DNA of 39,845 nucleotides from Malacoraja senta (Eukaryota). The notes beneath the pieces were generated by a model. It was not told the origin of the DNA. It searched no databases and saw only the letters and a program-made list of their open reading frames with translations. This document shows positions 35,252 through 39,845 of the stretch, in pieces; position 1 is the first letter of the stretch, and every line of letters begins with the position of its first letter. The stretch is from positions 62,001 through 101,845 of the forward strand of contig JAXLNO010000275.1 of assembly GCA_038087875.1 (NCBI GenBank). The letters run 5' to 3'. Position numbers and translations under genes: made by a program.

Positions 35252-35897
35252 TGGGGGTAACGCATGCACTCCTCACCCTGCATGTACACATCATTAATGC
35301 AAGCTGGCTCAAACGAGCATCAGTGGTCACCAGAGCGGATCCTTCAGGGCCCTTTTGTAACTTTAAAAGGTTCAAGCTCACTATCTTTCTTCAACCCATT
35401 TAAAATCGAATGTTTTTCTCCTCACTTCACTCCTAAAAGCTTCTGACGCTTGCGGCCATTAATCTCTCCAGCGAATGGCATTGGGATCGCAGGCCCAAAT
35501 TCCAGACTTGCCAAAGTCCCTCTCAGTTAGAGTCACAGAGTGATACAGCGTGGAAACACACTGGCCAACATGTCCCAGCTACCCCAGTCCCACCTGCCCG
35601 CGTTTGGTCCTGTCCGTAGAACGACTTTGGCCACCGAGAAGGGCAACTTTGCCACATGAGTTTAGTTTAGTTTAGAGATACAGCGCGGAAACAGGCCCTT
35701 CGGCCCACCGAGTCCTCAGTTTCCTCACACACGCCAAAGAGGTTTGTAGGTTAATTGGCTTGGTAAATGTAAAAATTGTCCCTGGTGGGTGTAGGATGGT
35801 GTTAATGTGCAGGGATCGCTGGTCGGCGCGGACAAGGTGGGCCGAAGGGCTGTATCTCTAACGAAAAGTTGGGATTAGTGTAAAAGGGTGCATGGAC

Positions 35898-36426
35898 TAG
35901 GGACGGCAACTGTCCCGTATTAGCCGGGACATCCCGTATATTGGCCAAAATTGGTTTGTCCCATTCTTGACTGCCCTTGTCCCGTATTTGACCGCTACTA
36001 CTCGGGTCGAGGGGACTGTCGGGTCGGAGCGCCGCATCCGGCCCCCGCCTCACCCGTCCCGACGTAGTGCAGCCCATGGAGTGCAGCAGCAGAGCCTCGC
36101 CCGTGGCCCCGTCGGTCGGTCGGTCGGCAGCCCGGCCAGCTGTCCGACCTTCGGACCTTCGATTACCGCCGACACCACCACCACCCCTCCTTCTCATGGC
36201 CGATCATCGGTTCATGAGTTGGATGGGGTGCCGGACTTCGCGTGGCCCGGGCCAATACTCCTCAGCTGGCCCGCCCGCCGGCTGGGCTCTGTGTGCAGTC
36301 CAGCACCCGGGCCAACTCATCATTCACCCAGACACAGCCGAGTCGGTCAACGAATTGCCGTCGGGAATTTGTCCCGTATTTTGACCTTTTGTCCCTTATT
36401 TGGGAGTGGGAAAGTTGGCGATCCTA
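35898..36426. mobile_element. Non-autonomous hAT (Tip100-like) DNA transposon
   Basis: 8-bp TSD gcatggac / gcacggac (35890-35897, 36427-36434), termini tagggacggcaact / agttggcgatccta, subterminal gtcccgtatt repeats at both ends, CpG-rich interior. Confidence 0.8.
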
Positions 36427-36785
36427 GCACGGACTCAGAGGGCTGAATGGCCTGTTTCTGTGCTGATCGTCTCTGTGAGTTTTGGAATGGCACAAGCTGA
36501 CTGCATTTCGAATATATAGAACGCTCTTCGAATGTCTCTCCTTTAGCTGAGGACAATAGCAGGAAGCTCGGTAATCAAGGCTGTGTTGGGACTATTAATA
36601 CAAGGAAAGGGTGTGGGACCTGGGAGATTAGGCCTTGTAAATATATCCTTCGTCCGAAAACCCCCACCTTCCAATTCTCTGCTGATAGACACAAAAAGAT
36701 GGAATAAGTCAGTGGGGCAGGCAGCATCTCCGGCAAAAATAAACAGGGGACATTTCCTGTTGAGACCTTTCTTCAGACTGAGAGT

Positions 36786-37695
36786 CATAGAAACATAGAA
36801 AATAGGTGCAGGAGTAGGCCATTCGGCCCTTCGAGCCTGCACCGCCATTCAATATGATCATGGCTTTTTTTAAATTTAATTTTTTATTTATTAGAAGTAC
36901 ATTACATTACAACCACATACATTAGTACTCGTCACTTATGTCTTCTTACAATTAATGTACTCCGTTTGTTTTTTACACTAGAAAAGGAAAAGATTGAAAG
37001 AAAGAAGAAAGTGAAGGAAAAAGTGAGAGTGTAGAAAATGTGACAACAAAAAAGAACGAAGACCCTTTAAGAACAAAATTAAAAACAAAAGAAAAAGAGT
37101 TAAGAAATAGACCCTAGAAAAGAAAGAGAGAGAGAAAGAGGAAAAAGAGAGAAACAAATATTTTTATGAGCATTACGCAAATGGGACATACCAACTCTTC
37201 AACTAGCATTCCCCCTTACCTGACCTCAATTTTTTTTAAAGGTACCTTTGCACCCTATATTTGTAATAATTCTATAAATGCAGACCACGTCAGGTGGAAG
37301 TGATCTGGTTTACCTGCTAGGAGGAGTCTTATCTCTTCTAGGTAATATGATCATGGCTGATCATCCAACTCAGTATCCTGTACCTGCCTTCTCTCCATAC
37401 CCCCTGATCCCTTTAGCCACAAGGGCCACATCTAACTCCCTCTTAAATATAGCCAATGAACTGGCCTCAACTACCTTCTGTGGCAGAGAATTTCACAGAT
37501 TCACCACTCTCTGTGTGAAAAATGATTTTCTCATCTCGGTCCCAAAAGACTTCCCCCTTATCCTTAAACTGTGACCCCTTGTTCTGGACTTCCCCAACAT
37601 CGGGAACAATCTTCCTGCATCTAGCCTGTCCAACCCCTTAAGAATTTTGTAAGTTTTCTATAAGATCCCCCCTCAAGTTTCTATAAGATCCCCCC
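36786..37695 (-). mobile_element. CR1 3' fragment hosting an L1 insertion
   Basis: CR1 tail at 36786-36865; the element resumes at 37344. Confidence 0.85.
36866..37343 (-). mobile_element. L1-clade LINE 3' end with 15-bp TSD
   Basis: TSD aatatgatcatggct (36851-36865 and 37344-37358). Minus ORF end LEEIRLLLAGKPDHFHLTWSAFIELLQI*, T-rich UTR, aataaa and A-rich tail. Confidence 0.8.
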
Positions 37696-37699
37696 ATCA

Positions 37700-38682
37700 A
37701 GGTCAGGAGTCAGGGGAGAGAGAGTCTAAAGATATATAATACGATACGATAGAACTTTATTCATCCCCAGAGGGAAATTGGTGAATAAAGTTCTATCGTA
37801 TCGTATTATATCGCAAATGGAAACACAGATCAAAGGGGGCGATATTTGAGGAAAATGTAGAAGGTTCATTGTTGGCTGAGGGGAAGGTGACAACGAGGCC
37901 TACAATCTGTAAAATTTAATCAGGAGGACAGTGAAACTAGTGGGAGAACTAGTCTGAGGAAGGACATTATAGCCATAGAGGGAGTGCAGAGAAGGTTCAC
38001 CAGACTGATTCCTGGGATGTCAGGACTTTCATATGAAGAAAGACTGGATAGACTTGGCTTATACTCGCTAGAAATTAGGAGATTGAGAGGGGATCTTATA
38101 GAAACGTACAAAATTCTTATGGGGTTGGACAGGCTAGATGCAGGAAGATTGTTCCCGATGTTGGGGAAGTCCAGGACAAGGGGTCACAGCTTAAGGATAA
38201 GGGGGAAATCCTTTAAGACCGAGATGAGGGAAAAACTTTTTCACACAGAGAGTGGTGAATCTCTGGAACTCTCTGCCACAGAGGGTAGTTGAGGCCAGTT
38301 CATTGGCTATATTTAAGAGGGAGTTAGATGTGGCCCTTGTGGCTAAAGGGATCAGGGGGTATGGAGAGAAGGCAGGTACGGGATACTGAGTTGGATGATC
38401 AGCCATGATCATATTGAATGGCGGTGCAGGCTCGAAGGGCCGAATGGCCTACTCCTGCACCTATTTTCTATGTATCTAACTAGGGTGGGGAGGGATGGAG
38501 AGAGAGAGGGAAAGCAAGGGTCGCTTGAAGTTAGAGAAGTCAATGTTCATACCACTGGGGTGTAAACTGCCCAAGCGGAATATGAGGTGCTGCTCCTCCA
38601 ATTATGCGCTGGGCCTCACTCTGACAGTGGAGGAGGCCCAGGACAGAAAGGTCAGTGTGGGAATGGGAGGGGGAGTTGAAGT
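37700..38682 (-). mobile_element. Penelope-like 3' fragment (GIY-YIG end at 38525-38682) split by a CR1
   Basis: Minus FNSPSHSHTDLSVLGLLHCQSEAQR/LEEQHLIFRLGSLHPSGMNIDFSNFK. Confidence 0.8.
37953..38477 (+). mobile_element. CR1 3' fragment with 6-bp TSD aactag
   Basis: LRKDILAIEGVQRRFTRLIPGMSGLSYEERLDRLGLYSLE...; aactag at 37947-37952 and 38478-38483. Confidence 0.9.
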
Positions 38683-38907
38683 AACTCAGCGGGACGGGCA
38701 GCATCTCTGGAGAGGAAGAATGGGTGACGTTTCGGGTCGAGACCCTTCTACGGACTGAGAGTCGGGGGAGAGGGAAACGAGAGATATAGACGGTGATGTG
38801 GGGTGATTAGAGCAAATGAATGAAAGATATGAACATTGTGTCTATCTTTGGTTTAGACCAGCATCTGCAGTTCCTTGTACTATTAATGTTTGTGTGTTTG
38901 TGTGTGT

Positions 38908-39127
38908 GTACACAGACACACACATATAAATATATACACATATACACACACACACACACATATAAATATATACACACATACACACACACACACATATAAA
39001 TATATACACACATATACACACACACATATAAATATATACACACATACACACACACACATATAAATATATACACACATATACACACACACATATAAATATA
39101 TACACACATATACACACACACATATAA

Positions 39128-39158
<31 letters not shown>

Positions 39159-39197
39159 TATAAATATATACACACATATACACACACACACATATAA

Positions 39198-39236
<39 letters not shown>

Positions 39237-39352
39237 TATAAATATATACACACATATACACACCCACACACACATATAAATATATACACACACACACACA
39301 CACACATATAAATATATACACACATATACACACACACACATATATATATATA
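38908..39352. repeat. ~34-nt minisatellite (cacacatataaatatatacacacatata(ca)n)
   Basis: Seen directly. Confidence 0.95.
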
Positions 39353-39398
39353 GATATTTAGATATATTATATAAATAATCTATTCATATGTAGAGGGA

Positions 39399-39750
39399 GG
39401 ACACGCTAGAGGCAGGAAACATGTTCCCGATGTTGGGGGAGTCCAGAACCAGGGGCCACAGTTTAAGAATAAGGGGTAAGCCATATAAGACAGAGATGAG
39501 GAAACACTTTTTCTCACAGAGAGTTGTGAGTGTGAAATTCTCTGCCTCAGAGGGCGGTGGAGGCCGGTTCTCTGGATACTTTCAAGAGAGAGCTAGATAG
39601 GGCTCTTAAAGATAACGGAGTCAGGGGATATGGGGAGAAGGCAGGAACGGGGTACTGATTGGGGATGATCAGCCATGATCACATTGAATTGGGGTGCTGG
39701 CTCGAAGGGCTGAATGGCCTACTCCTGCACCTATTGTCTATTGTATCTAT
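39399..39750 (+). mobile_element. CR1 LINE 3' fragment
   Basis: gacacgctagaggcaggaaacatgttcccg...cctattgtctattg. Confidence 0.88.
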
Positions 39751-39845
39751 TCTATTGTATGAGTGCGTGTGTATTTGTGAGTATGTGTACATATACACAC
39801 ACTGAAGTTTTTTTCTCTTGCGTTTATGATATTGTTTACAGAGTA

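Noticed and set aside
35802..36446. Overlapping GC-rich ORFs of 105-159 aa
   Set aside because: Contained in or spanning a TSD-flanked non-autonomous transposon, with no recognisable domain.

Overview
Vertebrate genomic DNA, almost certainly a cartilaginous fish and probably a skate or ray. The basis is HE1-like tRNA/V-domain SINEs, CR1 (HER1-like) LINEs and Penelope-like tails. The only host protein-coding sequence I can support is one 167-nt internal exon on the minus strand (28593-28759) of a NOVA-family KH-domain splicing regulator. It is equivalent to exon 3, and NOVA2 is favoured over NOVA1. The rest is probably intron of that gene: at least 28.5 kb downstream and at least 11 kb upstream, with no neighbouring NOVA exon visible. 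It is filled with nested retroelement fragments (CR1, V-SINE, Penelope-like, Rex1/Babar, L1, L2), three non-autonomous DNA transposons and long simple repeats. The long ORFs in the track are microsatellite or TE artefacts. Most notable are many minimal hammerhead-ribozyme motifs in Penelope-like tails on both strands, fold-back Penelope derivatives with a 34-nt ribozyme-derived tandem unit, and several non-repetitive islands that look like enhancers, a promoter or a poison exon. Most TE boundaries are approximate.
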